64,000 nt of DNA from a virus. Its lineage: Duplodnaviria; Caudoviricetes. The stretch spans positions 119,568-183,567 of the IMG/VR virus record IMGVR_UViG_3300021256_000057. One strand, 5' to 3'. The position numbers and the translations under genes are program-made. The notes below the pieces were generated by a model, which saw nothing but the letters and a program-made list of their open reading frames with translations, made no database searches and was not told the DNA's origin. Positions 9,981-19,860 of the stretch are shown here, piece after piece (the stretch's first letter is position 1; each line of letters starts with the position of its first letter).

Positions 9981-12900
9981 TTACATTGAAGTTAAGCCAA
10001 GTGCCATTCCTGACAGAGAATCAGGTATGGTCGTGCCGTTTGGTGTGTTTGTAGCGTTCAAGATAGCGTTAGCTACCTTCAAGATCTGTGACAGCAATGC
10101 ATTTGTCTGTACTGTTGGATCAAGAAGATCAACTGTGTTCTTTGTAAGAGCATCAGCAAGCGCATATACAGCATCTTCAGATTCTGCCTTTTCTTCTCTC
10201 TGTATCTTACTTACCTCTTCATGGTCATACGCAGATGAATAAGCTGTATGATCCACATAGTAATCTACCCACGAGGCATAGAATTTCAAGAACTCATCGT
10301 AGATCTTGCTATTCATATCAAAGATGTTAGTCAGTATCTCATTTGTGATAGTCTTGAAATCGATCGTTTCGAGAAGATGTGCCTCTCCTGTTTGCCGGAT
10401 AAGGTCTGTAATATCTCTAATTGAAACTGATGTCTCATTGATAGCGACTATATTTTCCTTATTGATATTCCAGAAATCCTCTTCCCTTGCCTCTCTATCT
10501 GCACGAATCTGAGCGCCGATCTGCATCTTTAGACCATCAAAGTGTGTTCTCAATTTCTCATCAGTAATACCCGCATCCTCTATCGCAGCACTAAAGTCAG
10601 AGATACCATACTTCTTTGCAGTTGATACCCAATCCTCATAGGTTGCATCGTAGTCTTTATCATTGAGGACATAATTATTCATGTTATCTATCATGTCCTG
10701 AAGGTTTTGAACTGCTTTTGCCTGTGCAAGAGCAGTATTATTGACTTCTGATGCCTGCTCCTGTATATCGCTGAGTCCTGTCAAATGCGGTCCTACAGTA
10801 GATGCGTTCAAGGTAGATGCTGTACTTTTCCCAATAGTACCCCAATTGTACGAAGACTTAGCCTGCTTACCATTGATAACAGCGAGCTGACCAAGCTGAA
10901 TAATAGATTCCGTGGTCGTCAGATGGTTTCTATTTGCGATCGTTGACACAGGATTATCAAAAAAGCTAAAAACATTACCAATGCCATTTACGATTCTATA
11001 ATCCGATAGTCCTCCCATGAGGCTAACAAGATCCGTGGTTAGTTTAAGATTCTTGTTCCTCGTGGTCAACTGATGCTGTGATAGTTCTTGACCTGTTCCG
11101 ACTTTACCAAGCTCTAGCATCTGTCTTATATCATGATCCATGGCTTCTGGTTCTGCCGTAGAAACGATCAGCCTACCTAATTGACCGAAAAATCCGATGG
11201 GGTTCAAATATTTCGCGACGTTATCGACTGCACCCTCGATGCTCTCAAGCAATTGCAGCGATGATCCTGTGAGATCAACGGCATACTGAGATTCCATGAT
11301 CTGTCGTGCTATCTGCTCATCCCACATATGCTGTTGGATCATCTGAGCGGCCTCGTTGTCGATCACATAAGCGAGACCCTCATCGATCATGTATTTATTG
11401 ATCTGCTGAATCTTCAACTGCTCTGCGGTCGTGGTCGTCTGACCAGACATGAGCAGCTCCAAGTTTTCATCAATGGCATTGCTTGTCGTGGACATATTAG
11501 CGATCGACCTTGCAAGATACTCAAAGTCTACTCTTGCAAAAGTATCCATTGACAGACCAAATATACTAGATAGACCCTCTGCGACCTCCATGTAGGCCTC
11601 CTGGGACATGTTTTGCATCCTACCGAGGTTCTCAAACAGGTCTACAAATACCTTTTTAGGGTCATCCGTAAGCTGACGAAGGAACTCTGTGTTGCTTGCA
11701 TTGATACCAGCAAGAGATCGCAATGCTACAAGCTCGGAGCTGTTCCCACCTACTGCGGCTTTGTAAACAGCATCGGTCATGGCACTTGCAAGATCAGGAG
11801 CTATTGCGCCAACGATAGCAGATACAGATGTCATGACACCGCTGATAGCTACTGCATTGTCAGTTCGTCCTGCCTGTGCGATCTGGATCGAACGCTCCAT
11901 AATAGATTGAGCATCCTTTAGGCCAGTTGTAACGCCGCTTGTAAGTTCTCTGCTTGCATACAGTACGTTGCTTGCCATCTGCATCATCGTATCATTTGCG
12001 AGTTTGATAGCATCCGCCTGGGACTTGCCATCCTTTACTGCATTGGCTACTATAGATGCGTAACTACTTGCAGACTGGAAGAAATCTTGCGTAGGTACTG
12101 CGGCATTTAGTTTGGTAGCAATATAAGCGAACTCCTCTGCTACTTGTCCGCTTAGGCCATCCTTTAGGACATTCGCCAAATTAGCAGAGATATCAGATGC
12201 GCTTACATAGGATTCAAGGCCCTCTCTACGCAGTCTCTCAGCATAATTGCCCATGAGTGTCTGTAGATCTGCTTTGCTATATCCCTGAGTAGCACTAATG
12301 ACTTTTAGATTACTATTCCATGTTGAATACCATTCCTCAGCAGCAGTTTGCAAGATCTCAAAAGGTTTCTTGACCATTGTCTCGACATCTTTTTGAAGTC
12401 TCTCAGTAGCTAGGTCAACATCTTTAGTTCTGCTTTCTTTAGCGCGATTTGCAGTACGTTTCACTGTATCGGACAACTTTTTGAAGTTCTCACGAACTGG
12501 TTCAAGTATCTTGTCAAGTTTCTCAAATGCGATCACCGCAGCTACAACACCTAGCCCAACTGTTGGCAATGCGGCAGCGATTGGAGCCAATGCTGTGCCA
12601 GTAGCAGTCAATCCACTTATTATCTCTGGCCCTAACGTTGTAGTGGCCTGCTCTAGCATAGGTATTGCTGCATCTATTACACTTGTAAATCCAGCTACAG
12701 CAGCGCTACCCTCACCAGAAGACTGAGCGGCCACTGTGGTAATATCTGATATAGCTGAACTGCTATCGCCAAGAACACTTGTAACAGTATCTATGATATC
12801 AGTATAATTACCATTAGTTGCATCAGCTAACTTCTCTGCAATATTGCCAACCGAGTCACTAATGGAATCTCCTGTAATATCGGATAGATGATCCAATGCT

Positions 12901-13904
12901 GAAGATAGAATATCATCCGTACCGGACGTCATATCTGCATTACAGCAACAGCAATTCTTTAAGTTGATGACAGATTTATCTGATACAGCAGAAGACGGCG
13001 TTACACTGTTTAGATACCTAGCATTTCCGATTATGCTTGATATATCTCCAATGCTGCTGATAATATCAATAAAACTGGATGCTTGACTGTTCAGAGGATC
13101 TAAGTTCTGTCCTGTAGTAGTGTGTTGTGTGATAGCAGGTATAAGCAGCTTTGAAAGATCTTGTACACTTGATATTGCCTGTGCAAGACCTTGAACCTGT
13201 GTGGGTTGTTGATCAGATGCACCTTTATCTTGTTGTGGTATCTGAGGATGTATATTCTCACTAGATGGGAGCTGACCTGCGGCATCCCTACCTTGTATAT
13301 AAGCATTTTTGAGTTTCTCAATAGGCTCTGCAAGAGATGTACTACCTATAAATTTGTTATACAAATGGTCTCGCAGACCATGTGTGGCATCCCTAAGCGT
13401 GTTTTCAAGTGCAGTATCAATACCCGTGGTTCTTAAACTGTTTCGCAGTTTTAGACCAACAGCTTTTCCAAGAGCATTTGGGGCGTCTTTGAGAGATATA
13501 CCCAGCTCCTTTGTAATGTCGTCGTAAATGCCACCTATCTGTTTTCTAAATTGAGTTCCGATGTCTCTCTTGATCTTATCGGTAAATTCTGACTGAAATC
13601 CAGATACAAATGAATCTTGGACACTACTAAAGCCATTTCTCTTACGAGCGGTCGGAGCTGTACTACTCTTAGACTGTCCGTTTCTATCTCTGAACCTATC
13701 TTGAAATGTGGTCGCAGTAGACCTATCGTTCCTCTGTTTCCTGGCGTTTGATTTACCATCATCATTCATCTCAGCAAGGGTATCATTTATCTGTCTAATG
13801 TATTTGAGAATCTGGTCGCTCTGACTTTGTGTACCTCTGCCAAGCAATTTTGATAGGATGTCTGCCTGTTCATTTATATTGTTGTTATCCGGCATTGATA
13901 CCAC
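9981..13904 (-). CDS. tape measure protein
   Basis: 1307 aa, Ala/Gln-rich, central hydrophobic segment, downstream of chaperone pair. Confidence 0.75.
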   Translation of the reverse strand: MVSMPDNNNINEQADILSKLLGRGTQSQSDQILKYIRQINDTLAEMNDDGKSNARKQRNDRSTATTFQDRFRDRNGQSKSSTAPTARKRNGFSSVQDSFVSGFQSEFTDKIKRDIGTQFRKQIGGIYDDITKELGISLKDAPNALGKAVGLKLRNSLRTTGIDTALENTLRDATHGLRDHLYNKFIGSTSLAEPIEKLKNAYIQGRDAAGQLPSSENIHPQIPQQDKGASDQQPTQVQGLAQAISSVQDLSKLLIPAITQHTTTGQNLDPLNSQASSFIDIISSIGDISSIIGNARYLNSVTPSSAVSDKSVINLKNCCCCNADMTSGTDDILSSALDHLSDITGDSISDSVGNIAEKLADATNGNYTDIIDTVTSVLGDSSSAISDITTVAAQSSGEGSAAVAGFTSVIDAAIPMLEQATTTLGPEIISGLTATGTALAPIAAALPTVGLGVVAAVIAFEKLDKILEPVRENFKKLSDTVKRTANRAKESRTKDVDLATERLQKDVETMVKKPFEILQTAAEEWYSTWNSNLKVISATQGYSKADLQTLMGNYAERLRREGLESYVSASDISANLANVLKDGLSGQVAEEFAYIATKLNAAVPTQDFFQSASSYASIVANAVKDGKSQADAIKLANDTMMQMASNVLYASRELTSGVTTGLKDAQSIMERSIQIAQAGRTDNAVAISGVMTSVSAIVGAIAPDLASAMTDAVYKAAVGGNSSELVALRSLAGINASNTEFLRQLTDDPKKVFVDLFENLGRMQNMSQEAYMEVAEGLSSIFGLSMDTFARVDFEYLARSIANMSTTSNAIDENLELLMSGQTTTTAEQLKIQQINKYMIDEGLAYVIDNEAAQMIQQHMWDEQIARQIMESQYAVDLTGSSLQLLESIEGAVDNVAKYLNPIGFFGQLGRLIVSTAEPEAMDHDIRQMLELGKVGTGQELSQHQLTTRNKNLKLTTDLVSLMGGLSDYRIVNGIGNVFSFFDNPVSTIANRNHLTTTESIIQLGQLAVINGKQAKSSYNWGTIGKSTASTLNASTVGPHLTGLSDIQEQASEVNNTALAQAKAVQNLQDMIDNMNNYVLNDKDYDATYEDWVSTAKKYGISDFSAAIEDAGITDEKLRTHFDGLKMQIGAQIRADREAREEDFWNINKENIVAINETSVSIRDITDLIRQTGEAHLLETIDFKTITNEILTNIFDMNSKIYDEFLKFYASWVDYYVDHTAYSSAYDHEEVSKIQREEKAESEDAVYALADALTKNTVDLLDPTVQTNALLSQILKVANAILNATNTPNGTTIPDSLSGMALGLTSM

Positions 13905-13940
13905 TCCCTTATAATAACGAATAGGGATGCCGAAACATCC

Positions 13941-14225
13941 CTATCGTTTTGCCTTCCGTTGTGCATTAGATTCAAGACGTTTCTTTCTTTCATCTACCTC
14001 TCTGGTAAACGATTCAACGTACTTTTTTCGTATGAATATGGGTTGCTGATACAACCACTCTGCTGAGATAGCACCCTCGGAAGCTCTAGCGATGAACATT
14101 ACCTCATCGGTGATATTCTCATACAGTTTTTGCCTTACCTCGTGCAGGCTTTTCATTTCCCCCTGCACTTCTATCATGTTTCCAGGCTCTGAGATCTCCC
14201 ACGGTCGGACGAAAGAAACGATCAT
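13941..14225 (-). CDS. tail assembly chaperone C-terminal part (T-like)
   Basis: Overlaps 14119..14937 and precedes TMP; true start uncertain. Confidence 0.5.
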   Translation of the reverse strand: MIVSFVRPWEISEPGNMIEVQGEMKSLHEVRQKLYENITDEVMFIARASEGAISAEWLYQQPIFIRKKYVESFTREVDERKKRLESNAQRKAKR

Positions 14226-14937
14226 CTGTCAGAGCGATGAAACTTGCACGATTAGAATGGCATATAGGACACTGTGTAACACCAGCGAGCTTTAGACCAT
14301 AGTTAGTCTTGGAGCTGGCCGTATCTCTCAATGCGATGTAGTCAGCAGATGATAGATGATTCTGGATGTACATCTTCACTTCAAACGGTGTCATGCCGTT
14401 CTTTGTGCCAATAGATCGAATGCTATAGCACAATCTGGCCAGCTCCCTATTAACAGAACCATTCTCACGCTTGAACACATCATCATTATACGCAGCAAGC
14501 ACTTCCTTCATGGTAAGGAGCTGTAGTGTAATATCACCATCAAAGTCGATAAGATCATCTCTACTGATAACGATCTCATTCTTAAAGCCCTCTGGAAGTG
14601 GGACACACTCGATCGTATTCAGATTTACTTGATACTCACCATCTGATGATCTCTGACCACAATCCCGACAAAGAATAAGATTTGTCGTATAATATGGACC
14701 GTAGTTCAAGATACGCAGGCACCGGCAGAGCCAATAATAATCTATCTCCAGCAATTGGTTGCAGTCGATCTTCTCCTCAATAGCAGATGGTAGGATCTTT
14801 TCGATCATTGTCTTGTCGAAGTCCTCACTGCCTACATAGTCCAGCTCCGAGATAGTAGGCAAGCTATGAAGTGTGAGTTGATCTGGGATAGAAGTATACA
14901 GACCCTTACCAAGCAATTCGATCTTCTCTGAAATCAT
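14119..14937 (-). CDS. baseplate hub assembly / tail chaperone (T4 gp26-like)
   Basis: LLEIDYYWLCRCLRILNYG, two CxxC pairs, terminal FF; late motif upstream. Confidence 0.65.
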   Translation of the reverse strand: MISEKIELLGKGLYTSIPDQLTLHSLPTISELDYVGSEDFDKTMIEKILPSAIEEKIDCNQLLEIDYYWLCRCLRILNYGPYYTTNLILCRDCGQRSSDGEYQVNLNTIECVPLPEGFKNEIVISRDDLIDFDGDITLQLLTMKEVLAAYNDDVFKRENGSVNRELARLCYSIRSIGTKNGMTPFEVKMYIQNHLSSADYIALRDTASSKTNYGLKLAGVTQCPICHSNRASFIALTDDRFFRPTVGDLRAWKHDRSAGGNEKPARGKAKTV

Positions 14938-14971
14938 GATGACACTCTCCTTAAACGGTTTTTAGGGATAT

Positions 14972-15014
14972 TAAAAAAAATATCAGTGAGTATGTCTTTT
15001 TACTCACTGATATA
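14972..15014 (-). terminator. intrinsic terminator overlapping AACCTTATATA motif
   Basis: ATATCAGTGAGTA/TACTCACTGATAT stem plus T-run. Confidence 0.65.
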
Positions 15015-15041
15015 TAAGGTTATTGATGCGGATGCATTCTT

Positions 15042-16781
15042 TTACCCTACTTCGCGCTCCCCGACGATCAAACGCTGCTCGCGGTCATAGACTTCATCGA
15101 ACTCCTCCATGATCGGATCATACTGGATGTCGGATAAACGATCAGCCGTCTGCACTCCGACCCTTCCGTCATCATTGCGAAACAGAGAGATGAAACGGAT
15201 ATCCATTGGATGCTCATCAGCCTCATGATCCTGATAGACTGCCGCCATATTGAATGCCTGCTGCACAAAATAGCTATGTGTCGTCACAAACACCTGTACA
15301 CCGATCCTGGAGAGGTTGATCAATGCCTTGGCGACCGGGTAGATCATCTTGGGATTCATATTAGCCTCCAGCTCATCCCAAAACAGGATCGAGTTGTTCG
15401 CCAGTCCACCGGACATTACGAGATACATCAGTGTAGCCAGCTTACGGTATCCCTCAGAGACAAGGCTCATCTCAAAATTGCCCTCGCCATGGATCTTCAG
15501 GAAAAACTGATCGTTATCTTGTGAGATGTTTCCCTTGATGATGTCAGAAAATAGCGTAAGGACCGAGTTTTGCTCCTCGCTATCACGTCCCTTCTGTAAT
15601 GGCCATAATAGCAGCTTTGCAAGATCATAATACGTTTCATCGAATCCGATCTCGTACCGCTCATACAGCGAACAAAAAGCACCAGCAGTGGAAATGATCT
15701 CCTTGGGCGGGATATAGACCGGGGTAAACTCCGTTTCCACTCCGTGATCCAACTGGTAGTCTAGATGGTTGATCTGCTTATTCGAGAACGAAAGCCTCAC
15801 ATCGGCATCATTGTCAAATACAGTATGGATACTGGCTCTTGTTGCTCCTGTGCGCGTCACAAGTCGATGAAGGGCATGATTGCTAGGCTTAAAAACATTT
15901 ATCAGCTTTTTAACAAACGCACCTTCAACCGCCGCCTTGGTTTGATCAGCGTGCAGTTCACGTCCGAGTTTTGACAACACAGCAGCCTGCGTATACAGCA
16001 GCTTCATCAACGCTGTTTTACCTGTGCTATTCTCCCCAAATATGACGTTCACATCTTTAGAGAGATCAATATTCAATTCCTGAAACAGCATAAAGTTCTG
16101 GATATCCACATTCTTGATCTTCATCGATATGGGCATGTCATGTGTATGTGCAGGAGTCTGCTCAGTCTTGCCGTAGCCGTTCAGCCCCCTGCCCTTGATG
16201 ATGGCCGGGAAATCCTTATTGCAGATATCCAGATCCACATTGCCGTTGATGCCTGCAACCTTGCCATTCTTAGAATGGTGCCAAAGGCCGTAAGCACCGC
16301 TGTAATTTGTCTCATCGACCCAGTTCGCCAGCCAGATGGTGTAGCGGCTCTTGATGTCATCGGAGGTGTGTGTGGTCAGCGAAGAAGCCGAGCCGTGCAG
16401 ACCGACAAAATAGCCTTCCGCTTCCACCCTTTCAAGGAACGCCCGCATGATCGCCGACACCTTCTCCTTGCCGAGAGCAAACTGCTTTTGTTCCTCCACA
16501 GCATAGTACACAGGGAACTCGAACTGTTTTCCCTTGATGACAGACAGGAAAACATCCGCCTCCAATCGTGCCTCGTCCTCACTCATGGCGTAGGAATACC
16601 AGTATGCACCGACCAGAACGCCAGCCGCCTTTGCGCCGAAGTAGTTCTGCTCGAAACACTCGTCCTTCTGCGATGCAAGTCTGCCGTACCCTGCATGCAG
16701 GATGGCATAATCAATGCCGTCAGCCTTGACATTACCCCAGTCAATATCGCCGTTGTGTACGCTCACAACAATACCCTTCAT
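15042..16781 (-). CDS. fusion of degenerate GH25 lysozyme and ABC/AAA_21-type ATPase (ORF open to 17003 through an M15-peptidase remnant)
   Basis: GGAGG SD before ATG 16781; GH25 fold; from 16124 Walker A GENSTGKT, signature VSEGYRK, Walker B LFWDE, TTHS; higher GC than flanks. Confidence 0.75.
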   Translation of the reverse strand: MKGIVVSVHNGDIDWGNVKADGIDYAILHAGYGRLASQKDECFEQNYFGAKAAGVLVGAYWYSYAMSEDEARLEADVFLSVIKGKQFEFPVYYAVEEQKQFALGKEKVSAIMRAFLERVEAEGYFVGLHGSASSLTTHTSDDIKSRYTIWLANWVDETNYSGAYGLWHHSKNGKVAGINGNVDLDICNKDFPAIIKGRGLNGYGKTEQTPAHTHDMPISMKIKNVDIQNFMLFQELNIDLSKDVNVIFGENSTGKTALMKLLYTQAAVLSKLGRELHADQTKAAVEGAFVKKLINVFKPSNHALHRLVTRTGATRASIHTVFDNDADVRLSFSNKQINHLDYQLDHGVETEFTPVYIPPKEIISTAGAFCSLYERYEIGFDETYYDLAKLLLWPLQKGRDSEEQNSVLTLFSDIIKGNISQDNDQFFLKIHGEGNFEMSLVSEGYRKLATLMYLVMSGGLANNSILFWDELEANMNPKMIYPVAKALINLSRIGVQVFVTTHSYFVQQAFNMAAVYQDHEADEHPMDIRFISLFRNDDGRVGVQTADRLSDIQYDPIMEEFDEVYDREQRLIVGEREVG

Positions 16782-16931
16782 ATCCTCGCCTCCAAAATAC
16801 TTGTAAAAATCATCGGTCACGGTGTTGTTACCGTGGACTTCATCGCCATACCACTTGCCGTTCGGGCGCACATCGACATGAGTGTACTGATATGCCGCCG
16901 TGATGTTTGCGATACCCGTGAAGCCAATATC

Positions 16932-17003
16932 TTGTGCAACTTGCACAGTGCGGTTTTTATTTTCCCTAGGGGAAATACAATACAGCATGTGCAAGTTGCA
17001 CAA
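16932..17003. repeat. ~70-bp imperfect palindrome centred on CCCTAGGG (copy 1)
   Basis: Perfect 16-bp outer arms TTGTGCAACTTGCACA/TGTGCAAGTTGCACAA; core TATTTTCCCTAGGGGAAATA. Confidence 0.85.
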
Positions 17004-17006
17004 ATA

Positions 17007-17702
17007 TCACACAAATGGAAATGAGATTTGGGAGCTGTCCGCATCCCACCCATACATGATATCACCGCCGATGAAGTTCCGTCTTGTCTGTCTACATGCA
17101 TCGAACACTGAGTATCCACCGCTTGCTGGGTCGCAAACATAGTCTCCTTCATTGGTAACAGCAAGGATAAGTTGCTTTTGCAGCTCTATGGGCTTAGAAT
17201 GAGGATGTACTTTTATTACCTTTTCATCCCATACATCGGGGATGTTATGAAGAGTCCATGTAGACTTCGCCAAGATGGGCTTCTTCTGGATAACAATTAG
17301 ATATTCGCACTTGCGCCGTGTCCGATAGCCCATGCCAATCTTTTGCTTATTCCATGTAATGAGGTCAACACATTGCATATCGGGCAGCTTCTTGAACCAC
17401 TCTTGTACGCCCTCTACCAGATGGAACTTGTCCACCCAGAGGAACAGATATCCGCTCGGCGCAAGGATTCGATTGATACCATGAAGAAACTCGATGATCG
17501 TATCATTATCCATCTGCTCTAAGTCACAGCGAGCTTTACCCCTCTGTTCTCCCTCATTACCATAGGATAGTTTATCAAGAACACCGCGGTACTGAGGATC
17601 AAAGAATACTGCCTTGATGCAGGAATCCTCGATCTCTCCGAGCAGCTCTCGGCCATCACATTTATTCTGGTGGTTCACTTTGAATTTGTCAGATCTAAGC
17701 AT
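17007..17702 (-). CDS. DNA N6-A/N4-C methyltransferase (beta class)
   Basis: DPQY catalytic motif, HPHSKP, VCDPASGGYS SAM motif. Confidence 0.85.
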   Translation of the reverse strand: MLRSDKFKVNHQNKCDGRELLGEIEDSCIKAVFFDPQYRGVLDKLSYGNEGEQRGKARCDLEQMDNDTIIEFLHGINRILAPSGYLFLWVDKFHLVEGVQEWFKKLPDMQCVDLITWNKQKIGMGYRTRRKCEYLIVIQKKPILAKSTWTLHNIPDVWDEKVIKVHPHSKPIELQKQLILAVTNEGDYVCDPASGGYSVFDACRQTRRNFIGGDIMYGWDADSSQISFPFV

Positions 17703-17710
17703 AAATAAAA

Positions 17711-17780
17711 ACAGCTCCCTTACTCCAAAATACTATCACTTATTATAACGAGTGGTAGTATCATGAAATAAGGGAGCTGT
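17711..17780 (-). promoter_or_regulatory. hairpin over the MTase RBS with CGTTATAAT in its loop
   Basis: ACAGCTCCCTTA/TAAGGGAGCTGT outer stem, inner stem, loop CGTTATAATA. Confidence 0.6.
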
Positions 17781-17794
17781 CCGATGTGTATGTA

Positions 17795-18277
17795 TCACAT
17801 ATCTGTCTCGTAGTAAAACTGGTCAAGAGCAGGGTTTCCAGTCAGCTTCATGATCCCATAATGATGCAACGGCACAAAATCATATCTGTTTCCAGATAGA
17901 TTAAAGTATTTGATGCAGTTCTCACGGAACTTTGCATTTTGGCAAAGCGCTTCGCTACAAATGATCTCATAGCTCTGAGTGCGGATATTGTAGATAACAC
18001 GGCCACGCTCTATAGACTTGTATCCATTATTGATGATATTCTGCCGCTCAGAAGGAGATTCAATATACTTAGCTACGGCTGATCTCCATAGGTTAAGATG
18101 GTTCTTCTCATTGGAGTATTGTAGATAACCGTTGGATTCTACGGCATTATCAAGATCTGTTGAGTAGTCCCAGAACTCACCGTGATCTGTATACCACCAG
18201 ATAGATACAAGCCCCGTTTTGTATCCGCTTGTAATTGGGGTCTTTTTAACTCTTGTTCTGATAAGGATCTTAGCCAT
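17795..18277 (-). CDS. hypothetical protein
   Basis: 160 aa; TTGACT-17-TATAAT at 18346-18374. Confidence 0.7.
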   Translation of the reverse strand: MAKILIRTRVKKTPITSGYKTGLVSIWWYTDHGEFWDYSTDLDNAVESNGYLQYSNEKNHLNLWRSAVAKYIESPSERQNIINNGYKSIERGRVIYNIRTQSYEIICSEALCQNAKFRENCIKYFNLSGNRYDFVPLHHYGIMKLTGNPALDQFYYETDM

Positions 18278-18428
18278 GTTCTCATCTCCTATCGATTCAA
18301 TGCTTTGTTTTACAACATCAATTCGGAGCTGTACTCCCTACTATTATTATACCATATCTACGAGATGAAGTCAATAATTATTATAGATATAGCGGTCATA
18401 CTTTTGCATATGACCGCTATTTGATGTG

Positions 18429-18674
18429 TTATTCGTCGTTCCGCTCGTCCCACTTACGGAAGTCCCACATACGAAACAGATACGCAAGGGAGCTGGCCAA
18501 TTCAGATGTGCTTAGAGTTTCAACGATTTCATGATCGACATCCTCCTGCCCATATGTGTCACAGGCCAGCTCGTAGGATTCATCGACTTCATTATTCTCT
18601 ACTACCCATCCATAGCTCTCAGCGGCAGTAATACGGCGAGCTGGCTCCTTATATTTTGTACATGATCTGTGCAT
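18429..18674 (-). CDS. small acidic protein, possibly 5-prime truncated
   Basis: Start lies inside palindrome arm; RRITAA motif. Confidence 0.5.
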   Translation of the reverse strand: MHRSCTKYKEPARRITAAESYGWVVENNEVDESYELACDTYGQEDVDHEIVETLSTSELASSLAYLFRMWDFRKWDERNDE

Positions 18675-18741
18675 CTTATATAATCGTGTTTGTATTTACC
18701 CTAGGGAAAATATTATACGATTTGACGTTATGCACAGATCA
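18663..18741. repeat. ~70-bp imperfect palindrome centred on CCCTAGGG (copy 2)
   Basis: Arms TGATCTGTGCAT/ATGCACAGATCA; core TATTTACCCTAGGGAAAATA. Confidence 0.85.
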
Positions 18742-19839
18742 ATCATTGAAACCATCATCGTAGAGTTCATCGTTGCTGTTCCAAACGACATCACCATCGT
18801 CATCATAATAGTCCTCGATGTCTCCATAATAGTTTACTCTGTAATGTACAATCACTACTGTGATCTCATCATCAGCATACTGAGGGTTCGCAGCGTACTG
18901 CTTGGCAGTTTCGATAGCATCATCCAAATCCTCAATGGCATTTCCCTGATAGTCTCCATTGATGCAGATTTCATAATACATTTCAACTGTTTCACCATGA
19001 GCCCATCTATTGAGCCAGTCTACAAGTTCCTTATCAGGAATCTCCACCTTGAGGAGCACAGTAGAATGATAAGTATATGCAGTAACATCGAACTTACCAT
19101 CGAATGTGATAGTTACCCATCCACCACCGATATGGATAGTGTCCTCGATGCCGTCAATGTCATCGATGACTTCCTTTAGGCTCAGACCAATCATATCTTC
19201 GCCCTCTTCATAGGTATCAGGACGAACCTCATATACTTGGATATTTACAGGGATATCACCAAGTTCTGGATCTCCGCCATCATAGTAAGTACCGATGGAC
19301 TTGATATCGATAGTACCCTTGCACCATCCGTTCTCTGGTTCTAGGAAGTTATGAGCTCCATTGTATTCCTGATAGAAACCACCGTTGGGTACTTCTGTAA
19401 ACTGGATATCATTGAGCTTTAATGTAATAGCAGAACCTGGGCCTGCCATGATTGCCTTCTTAGTTGAACGCTTATTAGTATTAGCATTTACATATTTACC
19501 GGATGAACGCTTGCTTGAATTAACACCTACATACAGGCTTGCAGCCTTTTTCTTCAGCATATCAGCAATCTGCTTATTCGGACGGCGATCAAAAGAGCTA
19601 TTAACTCCAAGATACTGAATAACATTATCCGGGGTTATATCTGACTTATGCATTCCGAACGGAAGATCCAATATAATAAATCCACGGTTATTATAGCCAA
19701 GTCCATTATCGGATGAGTCCCACCATGTAGCTACTGCATTACCATAATCACCTTGCTCCATCTGAATATAATAGGTAACACCGTTACGCTTAAACGATGC
19801 ATCATACGTCCCATCTGCCCAATTTGAATAGATCTTCAT
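18739..19839 (-). CDS. acidic multidomain protein with MKIYSN leader
   Basis: 366 aa; internal basic linker with VNS/VNA/IMA motifs. Confidence 0.7.
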   Translation of the reverse strand: MKIYSNWADGTYDASFKRNGVTYYIQMEQGDYGNAVATWWDSSDNGLGYNNRGFIILDLPFGMHKSDITPDNVIQYLGVNSSFDRRPNKQIADMLKKKAASLYVGVNSSKRSSGKYVNANTNKRSTKKAIMAGPGSAITLKLNDIQFTEVPNGGFYQEYNGAHNFLEPENGWCKGTIDIKSIGTYYDGGDPELGDIPVNIQVYEVRPDTYEEGEDMIGLSLKEVIDDIDGIEDTIHIGGGWVTITFDGKFDVTAYTYHSTVLLKVEIPDKELVDWLNRWAHGETVEMYYEICINGDYQGNAIEDLDDAIETAKQYAANPQYADDEITVVIVHYRVNYYGDIEDYYDDDGDVVWNSNDELYDDGFND

Positions 19840-19860
19840 AATACATTCCTCATTTCTTCA

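Noticed and set aside
14155-14161. Canonical -1 frameshift at GGGAAAT
   Set aside because: The -1 frame meets TGA immediately.
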